Notes: a model not told the origin generated them from the letters alone. Positions 12,392-25,800 are shown, numbered from the stretch's first letter. The stretch: DNA of 64,000 bases from Amoebophrya sp. A120 (GCA_905178155.1 CAJINV010000003.1:3441600-3505599), one strand, 5' to 3'. Numbers and translations: made by a program.

Positions 12392-13001
12392 TTTCGTTGC
12401 TCCTTGAAAAATAAGTGGACCGCGTCACTCTCAGAAAAATGAAAATGATCAACCCCACGCTCAATAACTCAATTGGGCTGCATGTCCATGCTCCATGTAT
12501 GAATTTTAGAAAAAGCTGCAAGAACCGTCGGACAGCAGCACTTTGGCCGAACCTTCGCTGTGAGCAGTAGCTGGCTCGTTGTCACCAGCACCTGCGCAGA
12601 AGATGCTCTAACACTTGCAAGAAGACCGTGCACTTCTTTTGCATGTCGTTTTGGATGTAGATGTACAGAGTCGCTTCAAATCGGATACAAGTTCCAAAGA
12701 AAAAATGTACACATTCATCATTCCAGATTAGACAAAAAACCCGTACCCTGTGCAAGATTAAACGCAGTTGACTTTGACATGTTTATCCTTAGAAAAAAAA
12801 CTTGCACGTTGTTCAACATTCAAGTACTGACTGTGACTGTAAAGGAAACAAAGGCATTGGCATGATAATATGCAGAAACAACAACTGGCGCCATGATATC
12901 AACCAAAAAAGTACCAGATTGAAAATTTTTGTTTGAAAATCTCTACCATGACTAGATATAGGTAAGAAAACCCATTATTTAATAGTATCCCGCAATAGAA
13001 G

Positions 13002-13150
13002 AAACAAAGAATAGAAACGAAAAACAAAAACAAAGAATGGAAACGAAAAACGAAAACAAAGAATGGAAACGAAAAACGAAAACAAAGAATAGAAACGAAA
13101 AACGAAAACAAAGAATGAAAACAAAAAACGGAAACAAAGAATAGAAACAA
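13002..13150. repeat. Tandem repeat, 26-bp unit AAACAAAGAATRGAAACGAAAAACRA, about 5.5 copies
   Basis: Directly visible periodicity. Confidence 0.9.
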
Positions 13151-13202
13151 GAAATAACAACAACGAAATGCAGACAAGGAAAGTGCCCAAGCTTCTAAGC
13201 GG

Positions 13203-13362
13203 CGAAGCCAGCCTCGAAACGATGAGGCCTCGAAACGCCGAAGGAAGCAGCGAAGCCTCGAAGCAGCGAAGCCTCGAAGCAGCGACGCCTCGAAGCAGCG
13301 AAGCCGCGAAGCAGCGAAACCTCGAAGCAGCGAAGCAGCGCAGCCCCGACGCAGCGAAGCCT
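13203..13362. repeat. Tandem repeat, 8-bp CGAAGC(AG/CT) subunits forming a 16-bp higher-order unit CGAAGCAGCGAAGCCT
   Basis: Directly visible periodicity; explains the spurious ORFs 12975-13391 and 13168-13377. Confidence 0.9.
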
Positions 13363-13564
13363 ACAGAGAGGCGCTGAGTGCTACTATTCATCTAGCGGAA
13401 TACTATTAAGTCTGCAAGTTACTGGACATGGGAAGCGGGATAAGGCTAGTTTGACCACTACCTACCTACAAAACAAATACACGAGAGAATCAAATCAAAT
13501 AGAATACGCGAGCTTTGGCAAAAAAAACTGAGTCAGGAGTGGCACTAGAAGCTGGTGACTCGTC

Positions 13565-16036
13565 CTAAATCAACCGGGGCGTGCTAAGGAGTAAGTTTGT
13601 CCTGCGCCCGTGCAGATCGTCCAAATAGTTCGTGAGGTATTCGTATCCGCAACCAAACTTGACCATGTTTGCACCCTGCCGCTGCACCACCACGACGGTC
13701 TTCTCTCGGCACTGCTGGCCGCTGATAACATAGTTGTTTTCCGCCGCCTTCTTGATCTGCAGCGGAAAGTCTGGGTACTGGTTAATAAATTCCTGGATCT
13801 CCTCGTCGGCGGTCAAGGCAGCTTTCCGTCCCGTCGGGCGACGTCCTCGGCTGAAACTCCGGGTGGACGAAAGTAATGTCGTGCTGCTGGCAGCACTCCT
13901 GTTTCTCCTCGGTCGGGCGCTCCCACTGCGATGACGTTCGCGCTGGTGTGCGGGAGTTTCCGCGAGCGCTTGGTGCGAGCCGCGATCGTCCACTGCGCGC
14001 GAGGTGGTACCAGCACGCGAGGACCCGCTGCTCGCGTTGTAGTTTGCAGCGTCGGACAATTGGTTTACCGCCCGTTCTGCCTCAAGCTTCCGCAATCGAG
14101 CTTGTAGCTGCGCCACCTCCGCGGCCAACGCCTGCAGTTTTTGCGCATTCTCTTCGTCGACCGACTTTTCCTCGTCCACTTCGTTTGCAGCCTTCGGAAC
14201 AAGAATCTTATTCGAGTCAGAAGTTGTAGATGCAGCAGTGTTCTCCTGCACGGCACTTCCTTTGCCTTTCGCAGATGCTGCTTCACTTCCACCGAATGCT
14301 ACAGCAGCTCGGGTGACTGGCGAAGACGCAGATTGCAAAAGCGTGCGTGGCGCGGGACGTGGAGTTGACAAATCTAGGGGCTTGTTGCTGATACCCGCAT
14401 GACTAGCCATGTTCTCTCCGTCCGAGCTTGTCCCGAGTGCTGCGGCCAACTTCGAACCGCCAGGCGGATTCCACGATGTCGACTGCGGTCTAGCAGATGA
14501 AGCTGGTTGATGATAAAGATCACTCTCCCGAACAGCACCGGCACCCGGGTTTACGTTCACTTCCTCCATCTGCCTCGGAGTATTTTTGCTGTTCACGTAG
14601 GCACGGCTACTCTTCAACACGAACGCAGGGCTGACACCGATTGCTGGTGACATCAAAGTTTCCGGCATCTTCCACGGACTGGGACTTCGCGCCCACGATG
14701 TCGTACTGTTCATCAACCAGGAGGACGGGGGAGTGCTTGCACTTGTCAGGAACTGTTGCGATGTTGCGAGAGCTCGGCCGTGCTTCTGCCGTGGCGTTTG
14801 CAGGACTGCTTCCTGCGCAGGAGAGGTAAAGGTATTGACGCCCGAGTAGAGAACTGCGGTCTTCATTTTAAGTTGTTCTTCTTCTTTAGCATCATCCTTA
14901 TTGCTCGATGACATCACAGCATTATATCCCGGAGCTCCACCGGTCAGTTCAGGCTCGTCCTCGTCCTGTCCACCGTCTAGTTGGATTTTGTCCTCACCCT
15001 CTTCCATTTTCATCGCACCCCCCTGCAGCTGTTCACCTTCCGCCTGGACAGCCGGCTGCCGCAGTCTATTTTGACTGGAACTTGCTGCTAGGTTAAGCGG
15101 TTTGACGTTCATCTTGGACTGACGAACGCGCGTCTCGTACCGTGCGCGGTCCCGGGGAGACATTTGCGACACATCCAGCGAGGCGGGTAGTTCCTGCGAG
15201 TTGTAGTGCTGGATCGACGAGGATACCGAACTTAATGTCTGGCTCTGGCGGGCGAGAAACCTTTCCTTCGCTTGCTTGTATGTCGTCATCGGAGCAGCTG
15301 CTGTGCTTGGTGCAGTGTTGGCACTAGATGGTAGAAATTGCCGAGTTCGAGAAGAAAACGGCGTCGACAAGTTCGTGATTGGTGTGAGCCCTGGAGTCGC
15401 AGCCTTTTGTGACTCTGCTGAATGATTCTCCGACCTGGCTGGTGAGGAGGGTGGTTTCACTGCAACACCAGCGGGAGTAGTTCCAGTCTGTTGATTACCC
15501 GCCTGGACCTGCACCGGTGGTCGTGGTCTTGGCGCTGGTACCGGGGAGTGTGCTATCACATTTAAGCCGGGTATTCTGAATCGGCGAAGTACTGGCTGTT
15601 CGGTGGGAATCCAGGTTGCAAGGAGTGGACAACTCCCATCAGGCGTGCCTGGAACCTGACAGATAGCATCGAATGTTTGAAAGTAGGAGACTGTCCAAGA
15701 TTCCCGAGATTTTGACGGATCGTAAAAATGCGCTCGCAGCGAGATGATGATGAACAAACCTAACCACGAACAGCAGGAGAGAATTACAAGGAGATGCTTT
15801 ACCTGATGAATTTTCCCGATGCAGTTCTCGAATCCTTCGACTGCAGTACCGTGATCCAGAACTCTCGGTGACGAGGGTGAAGCCGATCGGGGCGATGCCG
15901 GGAGCGACGTGACGCTTGCATTGACCAACAGTGTTGGACCCAGGTCGGGATTTGGCATCATAGACAACCGGATCGGTGAACGTGTCTCCGGTCGGGTCCG
16001 CAAGTCGTGAGTGCGCTGTGGCGTCGTCAGCGCCAT
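13565..16036 (-). CDS. Low-complexity/coiled-coil protein with C-terminal GAS2/GAR-like microtubule-binding domain
   Basis: 823-aa ORF with ATG. The C-terminal segment IKKAAENNYVISG...KTVVVVQRQGANMVKFGCGYEYLTNYL resembles the GAR signature (Y.fG...VRVGGGW..L..YL). Possible in-frame intron 15802-15656. Confidence 0.6.
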   Translation of the reverse strand: MALTTPQRTHDLRTRPETRSPIRLSMMPNPDLGPTLLVNASVTSLPASPRSASPSSPRVLDHGTAVEGFENCIGKIHQVKHLLVILSCCSWLGLFIIISLRAHFYDPSKSRESWTVSYFQTFDAICQVPGTPDGSCPLLATWIPTEQPVLRRFRIPGLNVIAHSPVPAPRPRPPVQVQAGNQQTGTTPAGVAVKPPSSPARSENHSAESQKAATPGLTPITNLSTPFSSRTRQFLPSSANTAPSTAAAPMTTYKQAKERFLARQSQTLSSVSSSIQHYNSQELPASLDVSQMSPRDRARYETRVRQSKMNVKPLNLAASSSQNRLRQPAVQAEGEQLQGGAMKMEEGEDKIQLDGGQDEDEPELTGGAPGYNAVMSSSNKDDAKEEEQLKMKTAVLYSGVNTFTSPAQEAVLQTPRQKHGRALATSQQFLTSASTPPSSWLMNSTTSWARSPSPWKMPETLMSPAIGVSPAFVLKSSRAYVNSKNTPRQMEEVNVNPGAGAVRESDLYHQPASSARPQSTSWNPPGGSKLAAALGTSSDGENMASHAGISNKPLDLSTPRPAPRTLLQSASSPVTRAAVAFGGSEAASAKGKGSAVQENTAASTTSDSNKILVPKAANEVDEEKSVDEENAQKLQALAAEVAQLQARLRKLEAERAVNQLSDAANYNASSGSSRAGTTSRAVDDRGSHQALAETPAHQRERHRSGSARPRRNRSAASSTTLLSSTRSFSRGRRPTGRKAALTADEEIQEFINQYPDFPLQIKKAAENNYVISGQQCREKTVVVVQRQGANMVKFGCGYEYLTNYLDDLHGRRTNLLLSTPRLI

Positions 16037-16898
16037 TGTCTTGCTTTTGTCCTGTAGCTGTATCCGATATCAAAAAACCTAGACCTACGAGAGAGAAAAA
16101 CCCTATTGCGTCACGTTCCCCTCATGGATAGTTCCCAAAAAACGCGATAGGTCTGCTTTGCCGCTGCAAATGCCTTGTTGTATCTACTTATACGTATAGG
16201 TCAAACTCAAAGGAAATAAAAAAATCTGCCCACGCATAAAAATCGAAAGTCTGCAACAACAAAAAACATTCACATTGTGCCACGAAGTTGAAACGTTTGG
16301 AACGACAAGACAAGTGCGCCTACTTTTATTTACAGACCCAAATCGATGACTTTGTTTTGAAACCGGCACCCCGAGATGAACAAAGGATAGTCCTAGCAGC
16401 ACCGACGAAATTTAGATGAGTTTCAGAAAAAGAAACACCCCCCAGAAAAAAAAAAAAGGATACTAGACGACTGCTTTGCCCGCCGATTGCGATGACGATG
16501 ATGCTTGTTTTGCATATTACTCTCGTTACACAGACACAGGTGTGAACAAGTGGTTTTTTGCCCCCCGTCAAACGAGGATAAATCGCGTGCTGCGTTTTTG
16601 ATCGCGCATAGCTGCAATGTCGGAGCTGTTGCAGCTGTACTGTGGTGGTCAATCCTACGTATTCGTACAGTATTCCAAATTCTTCTTTCTACTTCTTCGT
16701 CGATTTACTCTGATTTTCATTTTCCTTCGTGTTCGTCTTTTGCAGACTAGTAAAATAGGGGCAATGATGAAGGGCTCCGTTGTATTTTTCGAGAATTTAA
16801 GCATTGCTTAGGTCATCGCGTCTACTTGTTTTTGTCACGGTCGGACTCTATGAACAAGGTTCTGCACTGCATCGATATGCAGAAGTACCAGAACAATG

Positions 16899-19800
16899 TC
16901 AGGACAACTTTTTTTCGATTTTCGAAACTATCCCCTGCAACTGCAGCTCATTGCTTTTTCCCTTCGCGGTCGTGACTCTGTCCGGCTGACCGTGTATTTT
17001 GGCTCCGAATTTTGCACTCGGAGACGGGGCTTTTTTCGGTAGATCGACTTTTGCAGCGACTTTCGCTTGATGAACGCTGCTAATGGGTTTCTGCAAGTTC
17101 CCAACTGAAAGTGGTTCGTCGGCTCTTCCGATTACGATCCTGCTCGGGTCAGGCATCCCTGGTTTTGGAACGACCGTCTCGTTGGGCTCTGTGTGCGCCG
17201 CGAGCCCAGCAGCTGGCGCAGGATCATGCACAAAGGATTTTCTCCCTGCCTCCAACATAAAGGTGCGCCGATGGTTTTGTACAAACGCAGTAGAGCCTTG
17301 CTTTTTCTCAGTCGCGCTCGTCTTGGGTGGAGGTAGCGGCGCGCCCCCAGCCAGCTCCAACTTTTGGCCACTCGGGGCTGAGCCGGCAAACAAAAGACTT
17401 CCATCTTGTCCACTAGTCGCAACGGGTGAGGAGGCTGGTCTTTTCAGCGGTAAAACACGAGGACGCTGGGAGGACTTGCTAGTCCTCTGAGACATTTCTT
17501 CAGTAGGAAGGTCACCGGCAACGCGCGGGCCGGGTATCATCCCCGATGAGGTCATGCTCCCACCGGAAGCAGCAACACGCGCCCTAGCCACTGCACCTCT
17601 GCTTTTGCTGCGTGTTGCTTCGGATGTTGCCGGCCGCAAAAAAGCTTTTGCTGCATCGTGCACGACCTCTTCATCTGAACTCTTTATCATAACTTTTACT
17701 TTTTTCACGTCGCCACGGTTCGACATGATAGCTTTATTCGGCCGATCTCGATTCACACTGCTGGGCAAACGACTTGCACGCACGCTGGCTGCTTCATTGT
17801 GAACACCAGTCGCACCACCTGCCAATGTCCTCTCCATGTTTTCATCGATGAAGAGGTTTTTCCTCCTCTTACTTCCAGATCTAGACGCATCTTCCTCCCC
17901 CACGGGCGCTCCCATCATCCGATCAACGTCGTCTCCAAACTGGCGCAACAGCAACCGGTTGAAAGCTTGCTTCTGCCCCATGCCGAATAGGCGATCCCGA
18001 AGTTGCTGCCGCAAACGGGCACGCTGGGCGCTCCATCGGCGCTCCTGTTCTTCATCCGATAGTAGGAGCTGCTGGTGCGCTACTTTATTTCGCGGAAAGA
18101 AGCCTCCGGCCGTTCGTTCCCGAGCTTGCTGGAGGGTCTTTTCATGGTACGGTGCTTGCGACCACATTTTGGCCAGCGGTAAATTGTTCCCATTGCTGTA
18201 GTCCAGCGCAGGTGAAAGCAGATTGTCGTCGACTTCAAGTGCACCTTGTTCCAGTGATGATTTGTCGCCAGAGAGTGGACTACCCCCGAAGCCGTGCCAG
18301 CGCTTGGCTCCGGAAAAGCTGGGCGACTGCGCGGGCGACGCGCTGAAAAGGTCGTCAAGGTCAAAGTGCAGCGCACCGGCGGGCGCCCGGTCCGGAGATG
18401 CCGGAGTGTTCGGCAAGTGATCTCGTGCGGCACCATCAGCCCGGGCCGCGCTTACCAAGGTGCCGAGCTTTCCTTGCAGTCGCCCCCACAAGCGCTTCCC
18501 TCCCGCGGGCGATGACGCGGGAGAGGATTCCACAGTCCCAGCATCTTCCTTCGTGGCGGCTCCTGGTCCCAAAGGACTCCCCTGCTGTTGCGAAGGCAAT
18601 GACCTCGGCGATGAAGCAACAACGGAATTGCTATCCACATTGCCTCCCCGAGGTGTTGTACCAGCAGGACTAAGTTCTTTATTTGCCGTGGCAGAGGCGA
18701 TATTCCCCGTTTCTGTGCCAGTTGATGTCAGCAACGTGGTGCTTTTTTCGTGGGCGGAACGAATGTGCTCCACGGCCGTCACCAGTAGGGCGTGCAGTAG
18801 CTCCCGGTCTAAAACGGAGAGGCGGTCCATGTGCGGATGCGAACTGGCAATCGACTTGCGCTCCACCGTAGACTTGACTGCGGCCCTCGGAGAAGCAACT
18901 GGGGAAGTTGTTGTGGAGAGCGCAGCACCCTGAATCTTAGACTCCGCCACGTCGATATCGTTGCTTGGCTGCACAAGGGTGCTCAGTCGCGGGGCGAGAG
19001 TTGAAGCGCTTGCGGAGGAACTGGCCTTTTTTTTTTCAACACTGCCGGTATCTTTCGTTTGAGCGATGTCATCAAGTGGCTCCGGAGGCGCGGTCGGAAC
19101 CTCGACCCGAGTTGTCTCTGTGTCACCGGGTAAGTTAAGACTTAGTGACACGCGCCGGATCGACACGGATTGCGGGCGAAAAGTTCCGGAACAAGCCTCA
19201 TTTGCAACAATCTCTGTTGCCTCTTTTCCAGGCTTTTGTTCGACATCATCAGGATCAAGGGGCTCTTCGACCTCGTGCGTGGTGCGACGGGCAGCTTCTG
19301 TGTTTGTCTTTGTTTGCCGTTTAGGTGCGGCCGCGACCCACAAGCCGGATAAAGTCGCAGGTGTAACGACGGCACTTTCGTCAAATAAGGAGACGCGGCG
19401 CGGCGTCCGGCGCGTTGGTGACCAAGCAGCAGCCGAGGAATGCCGCCCGCGACCGCCCGACGAGGCTGCTACCTCCCGTTCTCGCTCTGCGTTCGAAACA
19501 CAAAAGCGGTGCAGGTCTGCCACGAAGCGAAAAAACTCATGAATGGTGTGTGCGTCGCTGCCGGTGGAGTGCAGGTCGAGAAGGTACTTCTTTCCCAGGA
19601 TGTTGTTCGCCTGCACACCTTTGATTCGACTTTTCTTTTCCAGCAGGTTTGCCAGAAAGGCCTGCTTGGATCGCTCTTCGTGGATGGCCGCGGAGTCTTC
19701 CATCGCTTCGTCGTCCGACTTCGAGAACACCACCTTGTTGGCGCCAAACACGTCTTCCCGACGCACTGTTTTCGTGGCGGCAACGAGTTCGTCCCGCTCC

Positions 19801-22800
19801 TCTTCGTCCTTCACAGCTTCCAATCGCTTATGCCGGTTGGGTGCTGTTTTAATATCCGCCTTTTTTCTGCTCGATGGACTCCGAGAGGTGGAGGGAGAAA
19901 CGCTTTTTTCCTTCCGGGGCTTGTTGCGGTGGTCGCCTGTGGTGTTTTTCTTGGCCTTCGCCTCGTCGCCGCGATCTGCACTAGCGTCAAGTTGCAGGTC
20001 TAGCTGAACAGCACGCGTACCAGCTGCGATCTCTGCCTCACTTGGAGCGGTTGGCTCATCCGGGACGACATCGTCGCCCTGGATCTCCCCTGGTAAAAAT
20101 GCGTTTCTCTTGATATCGAGGTCATTCGCAGACATTGACACTGCTTTCTGTCCTGCTCCCAGCAAGGAGCCGCCACCGTGCACCAACTCTTCGTGGCTTT
20201 GCCACAAAAGCTTCTGCTTTCGCACAATGCGCAGTGTTGGTAAGTTTTCCTGAAGAGCTGCGAATAGTGCCAAGTGCAGGCGGTCCCTAGCTGCGTCGCT
20301 ATTCTTTGACTGCCTTCTTTCAGCGTCTTTGTGATGCGCGTCAAAGTGTCCGAAAATCGTCAGCCGCGAGGCAGGCCGAGTTGCTGTGACCAGCTTTTGC
20401 GTAGTTCTCCTGGTGGTGCCCGGCGTTGCGACTGGAAAGGGTGAAGGAGAAGATTTTTTCAGTATGGACGTCCTTGGCTTTAGCTTTACAGAAGAAGACC
20501 TTGATACGTCGTCCTGCTCTTGTGGTGCTGGTGATGCATCATTTTCATTACGAGTACTCGTACCCCTAGGATGAATCTCATCATCCTCCTCCTCGTCTTG
20601 GTGCTGCGCCTCTTCTAGTCCATCTGCAGAGGACTGGCTCTCCGGTGTATTCCTACCTGATTTCCGAGCAGCTGTAGAGAATGCATAGCTGTGGTTTACA
20701 CGAGGTGCGACGTAGTTTTGAGGCGGGTGCTGCGCAAATCGTGCGGGTGCAGTTTTTGTTTTCACCACCGCACCATTTTCGTCGTGAAGATCGTCTTCCG
20801 GCACTGTCTTTTTTGAACTTGTTTGAGCTTGTAGCTGAAAGAAATCGCCTAGATCCAGAGAGCCTTCGTGGAACGCTAGAAGCTTACTTAGAGCCGTACG
20901 GACTTCTTGCAGCAAGCAGCGCAGAAACGGCACTGTGGAGGCCAGACTGAGAAACAGCTCCTCCGCCACAGTAGACTCCTGCTGCCCTGCGCTATCCATC
21001 CCACGATCTCGTCCCCGCTTGCTGCTCTGCCGCTTCAGTATCTGCCGGAGGCCGACGATCAGCTTGAAGACAAAGAGTAAGCTGAAGGACACGTCTAGTC
21101 TGGTTTTGCCACCCACCTCGAGGTAGCGGAAGTAGTCCACCCTGCAGAGCACCACGCACTCCGCAAAGGCAAAGCTGGCGGGCCGAATGTGCTCCGGAGG
21201 AGGAAGCGTCGAGCGAATACTTTTGGACGTCGCTCCAAACTTGTAGGTAAGCACAGCCGACGTCGGCGACCTTTGTTGAACCGGCGCCCCGAGACTAGCT
21301 TGGTCGGTCAGAGACTGCGCGTGCTCTTGGTCCTCGTGCCCGAGAACGTGTCTTGCCACGGTTTCCACGAATACTGTGCGCGTCGAGAGACGGCCCGGAC
21401 GCTCGCCACTTGTTGTGTGCTCGGTATGAGGATCGTTCGGCGCGTCCATCCCGAAAAACGTTTCCCAAAATTGCGCTCGATCAAAAAGGCGTCGCTCCGC
21501 CTCGCGCCGCTTGCCGCGCGCTTCACGGTATTTCTTGCGAAGCTTATCGGCCTCGCGCATCGTGTTGAAAGTCACCACGTGCTGCGCGCCACGAACTGCA
21601 CCGTGCCGCCGCGACCTGCTGGCTGCGCCGGCACCTGTTTGGTTGCCTTGCTGCTGCGCTTTCAACAGAAATACGCCGAAATCTGGCTCTTCCTCGGAGG
21701 ACGAGGAGGACGCTTCGTCGAAAAACACGTCTTCTTCGAACAAATTGTCCGTTGCAAGTAGTCCTTCTCGCAAGACCCTTGTTCGACGCCTACTTTTGGA
21801 CGAACGGCCCCCACGACTCGTTGTTGTAGTTCCCGGGTCGGTCAGCGTCCCGTCCAAGCCAAACGTCACTGGATGAAGAGATGCGCGCCGGCGCGCGCGC
21901 GACGAAAAGCCGAAGTCATCCTCTGCCTCGTCCTCATCTTCCTCGGATCTTTTGCCCGACAGCGTTCGGGAACGCAGCGCCGTGATGGCCTCCGTGTCGG
22001 ATTGCACGCCCTTTCTGCCGAGCGATCGTTTGACCAAATTGCGCAGAAAATTTTGCCGATGCCGCACGCCGAGCTTCGGAAGAAAGTAGGTCCCGTGCGC
22101 CGCCGCTGAGCCCAACCCCAACTGTTCGAGAGCCGCGGCGGTATCGCCTCCCTCCGAGGCAAAAGCGTCGTTGAGCAAGCGCGCACGCACATTTTGCTCG
22201 TAAGCACTCATCCGCCCGGAACGGCGATCGCCAGGCGAAAGGTGGCGGAGCATCGCACCGTCAGCGAATGCCATCACATCAACCTGCTTTACCGGCAGAA
22301 GCAAGTTGCGATCGCGATACCGCGGTCCACCTGCTGTGCCATGCAGATTCTGACCGGTCGAGTCGCCGTGCGTTTGCTGCTGCAATGCTGCGTCCGCGCC
22401 GTTGATGTGGCCGTACAGACGGAGATTTCGTCGCATCTCCTTGGCGCGGTCGATCAACCGCGACTTCCAAAACTGGCAGTAGGTATCCAGAGACGAAATT
22501 CGCCGTGTTAACTGCGTTTGTTCGATGCCGAACCGCTTTTCCTGCTCGCTTTGCAGCTCCGGCGGTCCTTTCGATAGCTTGTTCGCGAGCTGCTTCAGAC
22601 CGTTTGCGTACAACCACTTCCGCAGCTGAGTCCATTTCTTCTCCCTGCGCTTCTGCAGCAATGCATTTTTCCGGTTTGCTTGGTTCAGACAGCGCTGCAT
22701 CTCGTCCAGTCCGGCATCCGGGTCCGCTTGCTGCAGGAACCGTGGCAGCTTCTTTGTCTTGCGCTCCAGTCGCTTTCGCTTTTTCAACAGCTTTTTCCAT

Positions 22801-25800
22801 TGCAACTCCAACACGAAGCACTCCTCTTGAAGCTCTTCGTTGACCTTTGTCAGCTCTATCTTGCGTTCGCTGAACGTGATTCGCGCATTCAGCAGTGCCA
22901 AATGCTGCACGACCTGCGTTCGTTCCGCTTCTTCCTTATCACGCAACGCGTTCAGCTGTTTTGTGTGTTTGGGAAGATTATCGAACCAGCACGGAAATCA
23001 TGCAATGGGAAAAACTAACCAAGCATCGCACTACCGTAGCTCGAACAAGAACGCCTACGCCCAGGAGCGAGAGCGGGACAAAACGTAATAAATGCTTTCT
23101 ATGTGGTGGTCAACATCCTATGCACCTTTCTGAGCTCGTGTTCTGCGTTTTGCAGTTTGTTGCGCCAGCGAAAGACGTCGTCCTCTTTGAGGAGAATTTC
23201 CTCTGATTTGACGACCCGCTGCTTCCGGCGCGATTCGGTTTCGCGAATCTCCTGGGCCCGCTTCTGCAACTCCTCGCGTTTCTTCGCCAAAAGTTCTTGG
23301 TCGACCGTCACTTGCATGGTTTCCAAGTCCACGACGCACATGGTCGTAGTTGCACTCAGCGTTGCGGAGGACCCGCGCCTCGCGGCATCCGCCTGCTCCA
23401 CCGCCCCGCTTGCTTGCCCTGCAACATCATGAGAAGCCGCACTGGTCGTGCCCGTCACGTTGTTAAATTCGTCAACCGCAGCGAGCAGCAACTCTCGCTG
23501 CGCCTCGAGACGCATCGCCGGCGTCATGCTCATCGCCTTGGCGCCTGGCTCCGGGCTGCTCTGCCCTCGTGGGACGGCCGCCAGGCGCTTTCGGTTCCTC
23601 TCTTCCTCTCGGATTTGCTGCAGCAAGGCCACGTTGTACTTACTGTGGTCCCAGAACAGGAGCTCGTCGGAGACGTCGTCCGTCATGTTATTCAAGGCTT
23701 CCTCGATTTTCTTCTTTTCCAGCTGCAGGAGCTGCCACTTTTTCCCGAGTGCCGAGTTGAGTCCGTGGTTTTGCAGACCGTTGGCGGTAGCGCTTTTCAG
23801 CTTCTTGGCAATCTGGCGCGCCATGTCGGCGAGGCTGGTCTGGGTCTCCTGCAGCTGCTTTTCCACTTGCTTCTTCTTGATCTTCTGCGTCGTCCACAAC
23901 TTACGTAGACCCGCAAATTTTGGGTCCGCAGCTACGCGCTCGTTAAACACGCCGTCGCCCAGCACATCGTTCGCGGAAAGCACGCCCAGTTCCAGCGGCT
24001 GGGACCGACTCTGCTGCGCGGCTTTTTCGGCATCCTTCTCGAGTCTGGTCCGCCCCATTGTAGTTCCCTGCAGCAGTTCTCCCGTAGTTGGGCTTCCGAA
24101 TGATCCTGCATCTTCTTGCTCTCCGGTGTAGTCGACCTCCCCGTGCTGGCCCCCGCGCTTGGAAAACTTACTTTTTTGAAGATGCGCGGCAGTCTTCGTC
24201 TTCACTATGGAGTGTATTTCCGAAACAAAGTCCACCCGCTCAATCTTCTCCAGTTGGGCTAGCACCTCAGCGTCCTCGGTGTTTTGCGGGGCACTTGCTG
24301 TAGTAGTACTCAGTGCGGTTTCTCCACTCGTCTCCGCCTTTTTGTCCCCCTTTTTCATCAACTGATCCTGTTTTGAAGCTCGTGCTATTGGCGCAATCAC
24401 TTTTTTCTTGATTCTCTGACCAAATTTCTTCGTGGTCGGCCCGGTGCCTCCTTGCTCTTTGCCGCTCTCACTAACGCCTTCGGCGCCGTCCTCGTTGTCG
24501 AACAAATCGTCGTTTTGTTCACGGATCTGCTCCACTTCGCGGTAGGCCAGCTGCAAAACGTTCGAAAACGTGGATAGCTTTTTGCGCACGGCAAATTCGT
24601 GTTGGTTCAGAAAGTCCAGCGCCTGCTTCTTCACTTCTTGGTTTAGCGAAGTACTTCCCTCCATCTGCAGCGCGCTGCGCCAACTGGCGTCGAGAAAGTC
24701 TCCGACGGCCTTCCCACTTTCGCTGTTCTTGATGGCGGACACCTGCTGCAGATAGGCTGCCTGGGACTCCGTCAGCTCCTGGAAAAACTGCATCAGTTTT
24801 TTCTGCACGAGGAAAAAGTCCTCCGCGAAGGAGCGCGCACTCATTTTCATCCGCGGGCTCGCGTTCTTGTTGGTTGTTGTATACGGCGGACCCTCTCTGT
24901 TCGCCTGAAGCTGTTGCTGCCGCTGATGCCAGTAGTCACTGGTTGCCAGCGTGGTTGCTCGTGGCGGCCTAATCATGTTATCGGGACTTGGAGAGGTGGA
25001 CGTCGCGCCTGTCATGTTAAAAGGACTTTGCGGTGAAAGAGCAAGCCCATGCCCGCCTCCCGGTCTGCTTAGCGAGAACTTTGGCCGTGCTGCACTGGGT
25101 CTCGAGCCCAGAATACTCGCACTTTTCATTTGCGGCGGAGGAGAGCTGCCGATGACACTTTCGCGTCGTAGCCTCAGTGTTGACGAACTCGGACGATTTT
25201 CTGTGCTGCTTCCAGGCGTCGTCGGCGCTGCGATATTGCTCCCGTTACTTGGGCGCTGCGGGGGCGGTTCCTGCATGATACTTCGCCGGCGTATCTGCGT
25301 GATCCGCTCTAGCTGCAGAAGGGCACGCTTTACAGACTGCGCCGACTGGAAAATTCGGAGGTACACTTTGTTCAGACTTTCTTGCTTGTCCGCAGCACTT
25401 CCAGTACGCTTCTTCTGCTTCTTCGCCTTTTTAGACGACTTTTTGACTTTTGTCGACCCCGCCTCGCTTGAAGATGAGGCGGAAGACGAGGAGCTGGACG
25501 AGGAGGCTTGCGCGTCCACGAGTTCCGGCGCTTCCAAAAGCAAAATCGAGTACGCGAGGGAACATTGACGTATCGAGTCGAACATACCCTGCGTGTAGAG
25601 CTTTTGATTTTTCTTCCACGGGTGACCAGCCGTTCCAAACTTCAAGGGCTCGTAGTTGTTCGCCAGTGCTGTGCTTCCCCCCACTCCAGCTCCGCCGTGA
25701 CGCGTCGAGAATCGCCCTGCCGACGGCGACGTTCCTGAGACACGCAGGATGCTTCGATGTTGCGTTTTGGCGGCAGTGGCGCCGCTAGTCGCGACCTGCG

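Larger units (their letters stand above)
12979..13409. mobile_element. Putative MITE: TTAA-flanked, short TIR TAGTAT(C/T)CCGC, filled with two tandem-repeat arrays
   Basis: TTAATAGTATCCCGC (12979-12993) and GCGGAATACTATTAA (13395-13409) form a 15-bp inverted repeat with 1 mismatch that closely brackets both arrays. Confidence 0.55.

Noticed and set aside
13002-13362. CRISPR-like array
   Set aside because: Head-to-tail repeats without unique spacers, no cas genes, eukaryotic context.
12986-13442. TATCCCGC...GCGGGATA as a fourth TATC-type element
   Set aside because: No 5-bp duplication (AATAG versus AGGCT) and no G(G/T)AAAAA motif; the TTAA-bounded repeat explains the region better.
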